DNA of 64,000 nucleotides. Origin: Anaerolineae bacterium. Lineage in GTDB: Bacteria; Chloroflexota; Anaerolineae; S140-20. Of the stretch, positions 38,849-47,937 are shown piece after piece. The DNA is taken from assembly GCA_027021705.1 (NCBI GenBank), contig JALUTT010000056.1, positions 32,001 to 96,000 on the forward strand. The letters run 5' to 3'. Within the stretch, counting starts at the first letter, position 1, and each line of letters opens with the position of its first letter. The notes under the pieces were generated by a model that did no database searches, was not told where the DNA came from, and saw nothing but the letters and a program-made list of their open reading frames with translations. Both the position numbers and the translations under genes were made by a program.

Positions 38849-39793
38849 GTGAGCGAACAGAAGAACACCCAACCTACGAGCATCCGCGACCTGCAACCCA
38901 AGATGCGCCTGGAAGGGCGGGTGACCAAAGTGGAACTTTTCGGAGCGCTGGTAGACATTGGCCTGGAGCGGGAGGGGCTCCTCCACATCTCTCAACTGCC
39001 GGAGCGCGTCAACCGGGTCACCGACATCCTTCACGAGGGAGACCAGATCACGGTCTGGGTCAAGGAGGTCAACAAAAAGCGGGGGCTGGTCACGCTAACG
39101 ATGATCGAGCCCCCGCGCCTTGAATGGCGCGACCTCCAGCCCAAGCAGAAATACGTCGGCAAGGTGACCCGCATCGAGTCCTTCGGGGCCTTCGTGGACA
39201 TCGGCGCCCCCCGCGAGGGGCTGGTGCACATCTCCCGGCTGAGCCCCCAGCGGGTGGAGTCGGTCTCCGACGTGGTCCAAGTCGGCGACGAGGTGACCGT
39301 CTGGGTCCACGAGGTGAACAAGAAGGCCGGTCGGATCAGCCTGACGATGGTAGAACCTCCAGCCGTGGATTGGGATGATCTCCGGATCGGCGACATCTAC
39401 CGGGGCAAGGTGACCCGTCTGGAGTCCTTCGGAGCCTTCGTGGACATCGGTGCTCCCCGCGAGGGACTGCTCCACGTTCGGGATATGGGCGTGGGCTACC
39501 TGGACCACCCCAGCGAGTTCCTCGAGGTCGGTGAGGAGGTCGAAGTCCAGGTCCTCAAGGTGGATCGCCGCCGGGGGCGGATCGAGCTGGGGATGAAGGG
39601 GGCTGGCCTGGAACTCACCGAGGAGGAGATGGAAGAACCGCCCACGGTGATGGAACTGGCCCTCCGACAGGCCCTGGCGGAGAAGGCCCGTCAGCGCCAG
39701 CGCCAGCGAGAAGAGGAAGACGAGACGCGGGCGCGGGCCCGCCGGGAGCAGGAGGAGATCCTGGCCCGCACCCTGGAGCAGTTAAGCCGCTAG
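38849..39793 (+). CDS. S1 RNA-binding domain protein (three S1 repeats, ribosomal protein S1-like)
   Basis: Three G[RK]VT...FGA[FL]VDIG...EGL[LV]H repeats; GTG start after AAGGAG. Confidence 0.9.
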   Translation: MSEQKNTQPTSIRDLQPKMRLEGRVTKVELFGALVDIGLEREGLLHISQLPERVNRVTDILHEGDQITVWVKEVNKKRGLVTLTMIEPPRLEWRDLQPKQKYVGKVTRIESFGAFVDIGAPREGLVHISRLSPQRVESVSDVVQVGDEVTVWVHEVNKKAGRISLTMVEPPAVDWDDLRIGDIYRGKVTRLESFGAFVDIGAPREGLLHVRDMGVGYLDHPSEFLEVGEEVEVQVLKVDRRRGRIELGMKGAGLELTEEEMEEPPTVMELALRQALAEKARQRQRQREEEDETRARARREQEEILARTLEQLSR

Positions 39794-39828
39794 CCACCCC
39801 GCTCCGCCCATCCGCGATGGGGAGATCG

Positions 39829-39869
39829 AAAAATGGCCCGGCTTCCTGGCCGGAAGCTGGGCCTCCTCT
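39829..39869. terminator. Hairpin terminator between convergent S1 and VKOR genes
   Basis: ggcccggcttcc-tggcc-ggaagctgggcc; the A-run on the left gives a U-tract on the minus strand. Confidence 0.6.
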
Positions 39870-39892
39870 TGTCCTTTGTCCCGCCCTACCTC

Positions 39893-40348
39893 TCACACCT
39901 CCCACGCTGCCCGCAGGTCCCGCAGCGTCAGGGCGAAGATGGCCGTGATCACCAGCGCCGAGGTGACACACCAGAAACACCAGGCCCGGATGACGAAAGC
40001 TTCCAGGTAGGTCAGATAGAGGGAGTAGAGAAAGCCGACGAGGGCCGTTCCGAAGAGGGCTGCGGACAGGTGGAAAGCTGTCTCCCCCTGCACCCGGTCC
40101 CGCAACAACGAGAGGCCCAGCAGGACTATGTAGCCCAGGAGGCCGATGGAGGCCACAGGGATCCCTCTGATCTCGGCGTAGGGGCTGTTTTGGACCGTTG
40201 CGCAGCCGTGGTAGCCGCCGCAGTAGGGGCTCTGGCCGGCCAGGTGACTCCAAGTCAGATAGCCGGAGACACCGATGCCGATCAAGGAGAGCAAAGGAAT
40301 CTCCCAGCGGGGGATAACCTCCACCCACCCGACCACCTGTTGCTTCAT
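39893..40348 (-). CDS. Vitamin K epoxide reductase (VKOR) family protein
   Basis: C...GCATVQNSPYA...GIPVA, CFWC, four TM helices. Confidence 0.92.
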   Translation of the reverse strand: MKQQVVGWVEVIPRWEIPLLSLIGIGVSGYLTWSHLAGQSPYCGGYHGCATVQNSPYAEIRGIPVASIGLLGYIVLLGLSLLRDRVQGETAFHLSAALFGTALVGFLYSLYLTYLEAFVIRAWCFWCVTSALVITAIFALTLRDLRAAWEV

Positions 40349-41061
40349 GTCCCCGCTCCTGCCAACACCTGCTCGATGACCTGCTGGAAGACCTCGAAAG
40401 GATAGGCCCCCCGTAGCAACTGACCGTTGACCAGGAAGGTCGGAGTAGCATCAACCCCCAGTTGCTGAGCCGACCGGATGGCCGCCTCAATCGCCTGCCG
40501 GTGCTTCTGGGAGTCCAGACACTGGGTAAAGGTATCCACGTCCAGGCCCAGATCACGGGCATAGCCTATCAAGTCGGCCCGCTGGACCCGCCCTTGATTG
40601 ACGAAGAGGGTGTGGTGGTACTCCCAGAATTTATCCTGGTCGGCGGCACAGTAGGCCGCCTCGACGATGGGGATCCGATCCGGTCCCAGGGCGAAGTAGT
40701 GGTTGATGTACTGGACCTTCCCCGTCGCCACAAAGGCTTCGTCAATGCGGGGAGCCGTCTCCAAGTTGAAGTCCCGGCAGTGAGGGCAGAGGTAATCGGA
40801 GAACTCGACGATCTTCACGGGGGCGTCGGGAGAGCCCCGATAGGGGAACCCTTCGTCGGTGAAGCCGGTAGGCACGTTGGGGTTCAGGCCGACCGTCTCC
40901 TCGCCTCCGCCTCTCTCTCCTCGGCCCGTTCCCAGCAGGATCAGGCCGCCGGTGATCAGGAGGGCGGTGACGACGATGATGCCGACCAGGATGATCCGTT
41001 GTCGTCGGCGGCGGGCCCGCGCCCTGGCTGCGGCCCGGGCGCGTTTCGTCTGACTGCTCAC
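40345..41061 (-). CDS. Membrane-anchored DsbA/BdbD-type thiol-disulfide oxidoreductase
   Basis: GSPDAPVKIVEFSDYLCPHC, GVDATPTFLVNG. Confidence 0.92.
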   Translation of the reverse strand: MSSQTKRARAAARARARRRRQRIILVGIIVVTALLITGGLILLGTGRGERGGGEETVGLNPNVPTGFTDEGFPYRGSPDAPVKIVEFSDYLCPHCRDFNLETAPRIDEAFVATGKVQYINHYFALGPDRIPIVEAAYCAADQDKFWEYHHTLFVNQGRVQRADLIGYARDLGLDVDTFTQCLDSQKHRQAIEAAIRSAQQLGVDATPTFLVNGQLLRGAYPFEVFQQVIEQVLAGAGT

Positions 41062-41173
41062 GATGACCTCCTCGGTTTCCAGGAGACAGCGTGCTGTGGG
41101 AGAATTCGGGAGAACAGATTCGACGCCATCCTGGCCTCCGCCCCGGCGCGGTGAGGCCGAGATGACGGGAGGA

Positions 41174-41201
41174 AGTATACCACAAGATAGGGCATCGTCA
41201 A
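41174..41201 (-). promoter_or_regulatory. sigma70-type promoter for dsbA-VKOR
   Basis: TTGACG-16 nt-TATACT, with TG extension. Confidence 0.55.
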
Positions 41202-41275
41202 AAACCCCTCTAGACCTCGGGAATCTCCAGATAAAGCGTTGATAGGCCCTGGGTAGGCGACAGAGAGGAGTTGCT

Positions 41276-42166
41276 ATGCTGAGACCTTACGGGATCTTGC
41301 CGGCGATGGTCACCCCGCTGGACGCCCAGGAGAGGGTGAACGAGGCTGCGCTGCGCCGGTTGGTCCGCCATCTATTGGCGGGTGGGGTGCACGGCCTCTT
41401 CGTCCTGGGCAGTCAGGGGGAGTTCTACGCCTTCACCCCCGACGAGAAGCGGCGGGTGCTGGAGGTGGTGCTGGACGAGGTGAACGGGCGGGTGCCCGTC
41501 TACGCCCACGCCGCCGCCATCGCCACCCGCCAGGCGGTCGCCCTGGCCCGGATGATGGAGGAGACAGGGGCCGACGCCCTCGCCCTGCTCACCCCCTTCT
41601 TCGTCACCCCCAGCCAACAGGAACTCTACGACCATTACCGGGCGGTGGCCGAGGCGACGGCGCTGCCCCTCATCCTCTACGATAACCCCGGACGCACCCA
41701 CGTGCGCCTGGCCCCGGAGACGGTGGGCCGGCTGGCCGAACTCCCCAACATCGTGGGGATCAAGGATTCCGGCGGGGACCTGGGGATGACGCTGGCCTAC
41801 ATCCAGGCGACGCCCGACGACTTCGCCGTCCTGACGGGGCCGGACGCCCTCATCCTGGCCGGCCTCGTCTACGGCACTCGGGGGGCCGTCTCGGCTGTAG
41901 CCAACATCGCACCCCACCTGGCCGTGGCCGTCTACGAGCGGTTCCAGGCCGGCGATCTGGAGGGCGCCCGCCAGGCCCAGGCGCGGCTGGCCGCCCTGCG
42001 CCGGGCCTTCCGCTGGGGCACCTACCCCGGCGTCACCAAAGAGGCGCTGAACCTGCTGGGGATCGAGGTGGGGCCACCCCGCCGTCCCGTAGGCCCCCTC
42101 TCCGAAGAGGCCCGCCGTCGTCTGGCAAGCCTCCTGGAGGAGGTGGGGGTGCTCCCCACGGCCTGA
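41276..42166 (+). CDS. DapA/NanA-family class I aldolase (dihydrodipicolinate synthase family)
   Basis: GSQGEF (GTTGE in canonical DapA), LYDNP, GIKDSGG. Confidence 0.9.
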   Translation: MLRPYGILPAMVTPLDAQERVNEAALRRLVRHLLAGGVHGLFVLGSQGEFYAFTPDEKRRVLEVVLDEVNGRVPVYAHAAAIATRQAVALARMMEETGADALALLTPFFVTPSQQELYDHYRAVAEATALPLILYDNPGRTHVRLAPETVGRLAELPNIVGIKDSGGDLGMTLAYIQATPDDFAVLTGPDALILAGLVYGTRGAVSAVANIAPHLAVAVYERFQAGDLEGARQAQARLAALRRAFRWGTYPGVTKEALNLLGIEVGPPRRPVGPLSEEARRRLASLLEEVGVLPTA

Positions 42167-42170
42167 CGGG

Positions 42171-42192
42171 TTGGCCCTGGAAGGGCCTCCTA
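42171..42192 (-). repeat. Single REP-like copy of the 58.7-59.0 kb family
   Basis: Reverse complement taggaggcccttccagggccaa matches the array unit at 21/22. Confidence 0.75.
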
Positions 42193-42228
42193 TCAGACTT
42201 TGATAAACCGCTTGCGGGGCCGTCGTCT

Positions 42229-42779
42229 CCCATCCGCTCAATCCGTTCTCCAATCCGTTGACAGCTTGTCCGTTCCGGCCACGGCAAGGGACACGAAGGG
42301 CACCAAGAGCTCAAAGGGCACAAAGCGGTGCGAAAGTCTGGACAACCCCTCTTGGGAGCCCCCCCCCATCCGTTCCAAATCCGTTCAATCCGTTCCCAAT
42401 CCGTTGACAGCTATCCGCTTCCCCAATCCGTCGCCAGCTCGTCCGTTCCGGCCACGGCAAGGGACACGAAGGGCACCAAGAGCTCAAAGGGCACAAAGCG
42501 GTGCGAAAGTCTGGACAACCCCTCTTGGGAGCACCAACCCCCCATCCGTTCAATCCGTTCCCAATCCGTTGACAGCTATCCGCTTCCCCAATCCGTCGCC
42601 AGTTCGTCCGCTCCGGCCACGGCAAGGGACACGAAGGGCACCAAGAGCTCAAAGGGCACAAAGCGGTACGAAAGTCTGGACAACCCCTCTTGGGAGCACC
42701 AACCCCCCATCCGTTCCAAATCCGTTCAATCCGTTCCCAATCCGTTGACAGCTATCCGCTTCCCCAATCCGTCGCCAGC
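42229..42779. repeat. Tandem array of three ~165-174 bp units plus a partial unit
   Basis: Units start at 42268, 42441 and 42606; internal aatccgtt and cacgaag/caccaag/cacaaag sub-repeats. Confidence 0.92.
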
Positions 42780-43663
42780 ACCTCCTTTGTCACCCGGGGC
42801 AGGTCGGCGAAGGACTCGACGACGTGGGCACCCGCCTCCCGTAACCGGGCCACCTTGCCCTCGTAGGTCCCGCGCCCCCCTTCGATGATGGCGCCGGCGT
42901 GGGAGAAACGGGTGCCGCTGCGGGCTGCCCGCCCCCCAATGTAGGCGACGACCGGCTTCGTCACCTCCCCCGCCTCCATCAGGTCGGCCACCTGCTCCTC
43001 CTGGGAGGTGCCGATCTCCCCGAAGATCACCACCGCCTTCGTCTCCGGGTCCCGCTGGAAGCGCAGGACGATCTCGGGTAGGGGCAGGCCAACGACGGGG
43101 TCGCCTCCCACGTGGACCATCGTCGTCGCCCCGATCCCCTCCCGGGCCAGGTAATAGGCGGTGGCCGAGGTCATCCCTCCACTGCGAGAAGCGATGCCCA
43201 CCGGCCCCGGCATGAACCAGGCCCGGGCGCTGGCCGCCCGCCCACCCATCATCCCCAGCACCGCCTTGCCGGGGCTGAGCACCCCCAGCGTGTTGGGGCC
43301 GACGAAGTGGGCACCGGCCTCCCGCGCCGCCTTGTGGATCTCCAGCACGTCGTAGAGGGGAACCCGGTCGGGCACGATGACCAGCAGCTTGACGCCGGCC
43401 TCGATGGCCTCCAGCGCCGCGCTCCTCACCAATGGAGCCGGGATGAAGAGGACGCTGACATCAATGGGGCCGACCTCCTCCCAAGCCTCCTCCACCGTGT
43501 CGAAGACGGGCACCCCTTCCACCTCTTGCCCTCGCCGCCCCGGCGTCACACCGCCGACGATCTGGGTGCCGTAAGCCTTCATCAGGCGGGTGCGGGTCCG
43601 CCCTTCCCGCCCGGTGATCCCTTGGACGATAACCCGTTTGGTGCGGTCAATGAGGATAGACAT
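42752..43663 (-). CDS. ADP-forming acyl-CoA ligase alpha subunit (SucD-like, CoA-binding)
   Basis: VQGITGREG, VGPNTLG, SRSGG, VGGDP, FGEIG, RFSHAGA (phospho-His). Confidence 0.88.
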   Translation of the reverse strand: MSILIDRTKRVIVQGITGREGRTRTRLMKAYGTQIVGGVTPGRRGQEVEGVPVFDTVEEAWEEVGPIDVSVLFIPAPLVRSAALEAIEAGVKLLVIVPDRVPLYDVLEIHKAAREAGAHFVGPNTLGVLSPGKAVLGMMGGRAASARAWFMPGPVGIASRSGGMTSATAYYLAREGIGATTMVHVGGDPVVGLPLPEIVLRFQRDPETKAVVIFGEIGTSQEEQVADLMEAGEVTKPVVAYIGGRAARSGTRFSHAGAIIEGGRGTYEGKVARLREAGAHVVESFADLPRVTKEVLATDWGSG

Positions 43664-43669
43664 CGTGGC

Positions 43670-45229
43670 TCACTCCTCCATGCCAATGCGCTGACGGTAG
43701 GCCTCCAGCCCCGGGATGGGGAGACGGACGTAGCCCCCACCGGCCCCCAGGAAGTGGCACTCGATCTGACAGGCCAGGCATTCGGTGCAGCCTCCCCGCT
43801 TCGCCTCCTCTTCGCTGATGTTGAGGACCGGCAGCCCCTCCTCGTTAAGGGTCAGGATCTGGGGAACGCAGGTCTCGACGCAGACCTTGCTCTCGCAGGT
43901 AGCGCAGACGGCGTGGTCCAGGATCACCGTCCCCCCCGTCACCGTCTCGAAGCGGTAGGGCTTCCGGGGCTCCGGTGGGCGGAAGCCCTGGGGTTTCTCG
44001 GCCGGTGGCCGATAGCTCTTGATGAGCGCCTCCAGCCGCTCAGCACAGAAATCGGCGGAGTCATCCTTGCCGTAGGCCTCCAGGGGGGCCGGGAGTTCCG
44101 GCGCGGCTCGCTGAAGGATCTCGATGGCCTTCTCCTCGGCGTTCCCCCCCAGCCGGATGACGGCCGGCACGGTCAGGGGCTCCTCCAGGAAGGCCTTGAC
44201 CAGCCCTCGGGCCGAGTGGAACTGCTCCTGAGAGGCGACACCGGAGCCGGAGGCGAAGTAGCCGTCAATCCCCGGCTGGCTGAGGATGATCTTGGCCGCC
44301 CGATAGACCTTGCTGGCCGGCGGGTTGCCGCTGGTGTCCACGAAGTTGGCCAGCTTGTAGCCTCGGCGCAGCAGGGCATCCATGCTCATCATCGAGCCGC
44401 CGCCACCCGCGCCGTGGAAGCCGATGTAACCCTCCCCCTTGGCGAAGCCTTGGGCCATCTGGATGAAGTAGAAGGTGCCCCGATAGTCGCCCTCCTCGAC
44501 CTTGTAAGCGATCCGCTCCAGCTCCGTGGGGGGGCGGTCCAGCTCCCGGGCGAAGTCAATCCCCAACTCCGGGTGGCGGAAGACGGCGTAGTCGTCCACG
44601 GTAATGCGGCAGTCGGCGGCCACCAGCTTGCCCTCCTTCGTCAGGACGAGGGGGTTGATCTCGGCGGCGCGGGCCTCGTAGGTGCGGGCCACCTCGTAGA
44701 GGCGGGCGAGCACATTGCCCACCTGCAACTGCAGCTTGCCGTGGATACCCGTTCGGCGGACCAGGTTGCGGGCCTGATAGTCCCGCAGGCCGTGCTCAAT
44801 GTCCACGACGAAGCGGGCCACCCGGTCGGGATGGGCCTGGGCGATCTCCTCGATGCCCGTCCCGCCGACGCTGGAGAAGATGACGACGGGGGCAGCGTTT
44901 CGGTCGTCCACGATGAGGCCGGCGTAGAACTCCTGGGCGATCTCCAGCCGCTCCTCAACGAGCACCTGTTCCACGGTGAAGTTGCCGATCTGCATCCCCA
45001 GGATGGCCTTGGCCGCCTGGGCAGCCTCGTCGGGGCTCTCGGCGAAGCGGATCGCCCCCCGGTCGGCCCGGCCCGTCACCCAGACCTGGGCCTTGACGAC
45101 CACCGGCCCTCCGATCTCCTCGGCGACCTGGCGGGCCTCCTCCGGCGTCGTCGCCACCCGTCCCCGAGGGATGGGGATCCGGTGCTGGCTCAACAACGCT
45201 TTGCCTTGGTGTTCGTGGATGCGGGTCAT
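43670..45229 (-). CDS. ADP-forming acyl-CoA ligase beta subunit (SucC-like ATP-grasp) with a C-terminal 4Fe-4S ferredoxin-like domain
   Basis: RIHEHQGK, VVKAQV, EINPL; atypical HGAGGGGSMMSMD and DTSGNP; CATCESKVCVETCVP and CTECLACQIEC. Confidence 0.85.
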   Translation of the reverse strand: MTRIHEHQGKALLSQHRIPIPRGRVATTPEEARQVAEEIGGPVVVKAQVWVTGRADRGAIRFAESPDEAAQAAKAILGMQIGNFTVEQVLVEERLEIAQEFYAGLIVDDRNAAPVVIFSSVGGTGIEEIAQAHPDRVARFVVDIEHGLRDYQARNLVRRTGIHGKLQLQVGNVLARLYEVARTYEARAAEINPLVLTKEGKLVAADCRITVDDYAVFRHPELGIDFARELDRPPTELERIAYKVEEGDYRGTFYFIQMAQGFAKGEGYIGFHGAGGGGSMMSMDALLRRGYKLANFVDTSGNPPASKVYRAAKIILSQPGIDGYFASGSGVASQEQFHSARGLVKAFLEEPLTVPAVIRLGGNAEEKAIEILQRAAPELPAPLEAYGKDDSADFCAERLEALIKSYRPPAEKPQGFRPPEPRKPYRFETVTGGTVILDHAVCATCESKVCVETCVPQILTLNEEGLPVLNISEEEAKRGGCTECLACQIECHFLGAGGGYVRLPIPGLEAYRQRIGMEE

Positions 45230-45246
45230 AGCGCCTCCTGACACGT

Positions 45247-45275
45247 TTGCAAATTGTGAGGTTTGTTGATATACT
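45247..45275 (+). promoter_or_regulatory. sigma70-type promoter
   Basis: TTGCAA-17 nt-TATACT. Confidence 0.6.
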
Positions 45276-45326
45276 ACCGTTCCTCAAGATCATCGCGATT
45301 CACGAAACACGAAGAGGATCCCTCCT

Positions 45327-46157
45327 ATGACCGTTATCTCCCGTCCCCCTGAACTCTCCGTTGCCCTGGCAGCGGCCCGAGAGGCCGGCCAGGCCATCCG
45401 TCGCTACTACCGCAATGCCTACGAGGTCGAGGACAAGAGCCCTGACAACCCTATCACCGATGCGGACCGGGAGGCGGACCGAATCCTGCGGGAGCGGATC
45501 ACAGCGGCTTTTCCCGGGGATGGCTGGCTCTCCGAGGAGACGCGGGATAACCCAGCCCGCCTCTCGAAGGAGCGGGTCTGGATCGTGGACCCGCTGGATG
45601 GGACGAAGGATTTCATCGGTGGCATCCCCGAATTCGCCCTCTCCATCGCCCTGTGGGCAGCGGGGGAGATCGTCCTGGGTGTCACCCACAACCCGGCCAC
45701 CGGCGAACTCTTCTACGCACTGCGAGGTGAAGGAGCCTGGCAGGTGGGGGGTGGGGCCGACGGTCAGCGCCGTCTCCAGGTGACCTCCCGAGGTCGGCTG
45801 GAAGGGTGCCGGGTGCTGGCCAGCCGTTCCGAATATGGCCGGGGGGAGTTTGAGGGCTTCATCGTGCCTCTGGAGATCGTCCCGACCGGGAGCATCGCCT
45901 ACAAGCTGGCGCTGGTGGCGGCCGGTCGGGCCGACGCCACCTGGAGCCAGGGTCCCAAGAGCGAGTGGGACATCGCTGCCGGCGTCCTGTTGGTCACCGA
46001 GGCCGGCGGACAGGTGACCGACCTGGACGGAGCACCCCACCGCTTCAACCAGCTCCAACCGGCGGTCAACGGCATCGTCGCTACCAATGGGCACCTCCAC
46101 GCAGCGGTAATGGCCCTGCTGGAGACCCACCCTGTCGAGCGGGAGGGCTGGCGTTAA
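45327..46157 (+). CDS. cysQ: Inositol monophosphatase / CysQ-family phosphatase
   Basis: ITDAD, LSEE, WIVDPLDGTKDF, SRS, GSIAYK, EWDIAAG. Confidence 0.8.
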   Translation: MTVISRPPELSVALAAAREAGQAIRRYYRNAYEVEDKSPDNPITDADREADRILRERITAAFPGDGWLSEETRDNPARLSKERVWIVDPLDGTKDFIGGIPEFALSIALWAAGEIVLGVTHNPATGELFYALRGEGAWQVGGGADGQRRLQVTSRGRLEGCRVLASRSEYGRGEFEGFIVPLEIVPTGSIAYKLALVAAGRADATWSQGPKSEWDIAAGVLLVTEAGGQVTDLDGAPHRFNQLQPAVNGIVATNGHLHAAVMALLETHPVEREGWR

Positions 46158-46158
46158 G

Positions 46159-47316
46159 CTACCCTGTGGGAAGGGGCTCCAGCACCCTGAAGGTGCCACC
46201 ACCCAGGTAGGCATCATCCACGTAGAGGGCCCACTCCCACTGACCGGAAGGGATGCCGTCCTCGTACTGAAGGTAGATGTAGGTGCGTCCGGCTGGGGTC
46301 GGCTCGTTCCAACCGACCACCCCGGAGACCTCAGGCTCCCCGTCCAGCAGCCAGACCGAGTAGACCTCGCGGACCTCTTCAAAACCGCTGTAGTCGAAAG
46401 AAGCGTAGATCCCTGTGGTGCCGGCCGGGAAGGTGGTGGCCGGTTCGATGGGCTGGGAATCGGACGTCACATCGCGGGAGAAGGCCACGTTGGCGATGGC
46501 TGGACCAGCCGTTGCCTCAGTCGGGGGCCGACGCACCACCAGGTTGTCGAAGCGAATCCGCGTACCCTCAGGCTGATAGGCCGAGACGATCAGTCCGACC
46601 TCCCCCTCGGACGGCCCATCGCCGGCGACATCGGCGACCAACGTGTCGTCCACGTAGAGCCGAAACCGATTCCCCACGCAGTCGGCCCGCAGATGGTGCT
46701 GGGTAGGCACCGGATCCCAATCCACCGCCTCGGCCCAGTCCGCCAGGGGGATGCTCTCCCCTGCCTTCTGCTGCTCAACCAGCGAGTAGCCGTCGGAGCT
46801 GATCACCAGCCGGACGAAGTTGTCAATATCCTGGTAGCGACAGACAATGCCGAAAGCGTTGTCGGCGCTGCCGCCCAGCCATCGGGCGTCCACCTCCACC
46901 ACCACATCGTCAAAGGTGGCCTCGTAGGAACTGACCTGCACCCACCCTTCGGCATCCTCGGGCAGTTCCAAGATCTCGATGATGTACCCCCCGTCCTCGT
47001 ACCCCCGCCGACTGATCTCGTCGCCGTCGTCAGGCCAGCCGCTGGTCGGATCCGAGAAGTCGTCCTGAAGGAGGACCTCGGACCCCATCTCAAGAGGTGG
47101 GGAGGGGGAGGGCTGAGGGGAAGGCGGCGAGGATTCCAGGGTGGCCGGCGGTGGGGTGGGTAGGATCACCCTGGCCCGCGTCGGCGTTGGGAAGAGGGTG
47201 GGCGCAGCCGTTGGTGTAGGCGTTGCCCGTCCAAAGGAGAGGCTACAGGCCAGCGTCGCCAGCGCCATCATGGCAACCGCCAGCGAGATGGCGGGAGAAC
47301 CTTGCTTCGCTTGCAT
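46159..47316 (-). CDS. Lipoprotein with Pro/Thr linker, ConA/DUF1080-like beta-sandwich and C-terminal Ig-like domain
   Basis: Lipobox LATLAC; LLQDDFSDPTSGW...GIVCR...RFDNLVV. Confidence 0.75.
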   Translation of the reverse strand: MQAKQGSPAISLAVAMMALATLACSLSFGRATPTPTAAPTLFPTPTRARVILPTPPPATLESSPPSPQPSPSPPLEMGSEVLLQDDFSDPTSGWPDDGDEISRRGYEDGGYIIEILELPEDAEGWVQVSSYEATFDDVVVEVDARWLGGSADNAFGIVCRYQDIDNFVRLVISSDGYSLVEQQKAGESIPLADWAEAVDWDPVPTQHHLRADCVGNRFRLYVDDTLVADVAGDGPSEGEVGLIVSAYQPEGTRIRFDNLVVRRPPTEATAGPAIANVAFSRDVTSDSQPIEPATTFPAGTTGIYASFDYSGFEEVREVYSVWLLDGEPEVSGVVGWNEPTPAGRTYIYLQYEDGIPSGQWEWALYVDDAYLGGGTFRVLEPLPTG

Positions 47317-47380
47317 ATCGGTCTCTCCGTGGCGCACAACATGCAGTCCGTGACGGATGGCCCAGGACAGGTCCGCCGGG

Positions 47381-47409
47381 ATTCTAACACAACCCTCCCT
47401 CCCGGTCAA
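47381..47409 (-). promoter_or_regulatory. sigma70-type promoter for the lipoprotein gene
   Basis: TTGACC-17 nt-TAGAAT. Confidence 0.65.
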
Positions 47410-47420
47410 CGCAGGGGGTC

Positions 47421-47531
47421 GGTGATTACCCCATCGCCCTGCCAATCCATTGACAGCAGTCCGCTATGGGACTCAACGTGCCCTCTTCCCGGACGGCCAA
47501 TCCCCCTATCCCCGAGGTCCGGGTAATCACC
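47421..47531. mobile_element. Diverged MITE with GGTGATTACC terminal inverted repeats
   Basis: ggtgattaccc...gggtaatcacc; its right end (ggacggcc...cctatc) resembles the copies at 52.5 and 61.0 kb. Confidence 0.65.
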
Positions 47532-47543
47532 TGGCTATTCTGC

Positions 47544-47677
47544 GGAGATAGGGAGACCAGCCGTCCACGAAGGGGGCACGAATACACGAATTAAGGACCG
47601 CCTCATTCGTGCATTGGTGAGAAATTCGTGGACGGCCTGCTACAGACCACTCTCTCGCTCACTTATGGGTAATCACC
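47544..47677 (-). mobile_element. MITE copy, inverted, missing one TIR
   Basis: Near-identical to the reverse complement of 52462-52595. Confidence 0.85.
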
Positions 47678-47690
47678 ATGCTGTTCTTCC

Positions 47691-47719
47691 TTGCCGGGAT
47701 GGGGATAGGCGGGTATAAT
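47691..47719 (+). promoter_or_regulatory. sigma70-type promoter for the M50 protease operon
   Basis: TTGCCG-17 nt-TATAAT. Confidence 0.65.
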
Positions 47720-47937
47720 GAGGCTTAACTGCTAGCGCCTCCCGGCGGCTGGAAGCCGCCGCTATGAGTAGCGAAGCCGCCCCTCGGCAGCTCCTGACCC
47801 TGCCGGATCAGGAGTCTGACGAAGGCCCGGCCTTGCCTCCTGAAGCCCGCGGCTTCCGTCGCAGGGGACAGAAGCGGAAAGTGTCGGAGGATCAAGGGAG
47901 AGGCCAGCAAGCTGTCAGGTACTCGGAAGGAGAGAGC

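Noticed and set aside
42229..42779. CRISPR array
   Set aside because: Whole ~170-bp units repeat with no unique spacers, and there are no cas genes.
42200..42888. Repetitive ORFs across the tandem array (182, 186 and 116 aa)
   Set aside because: Products of the DNA repeat, with no RBS or protein-like features.
43112..45241. 709-aa plus-strand ORF
   Set aside because: Antisense to the CoA-ligase genes, with no motifs.
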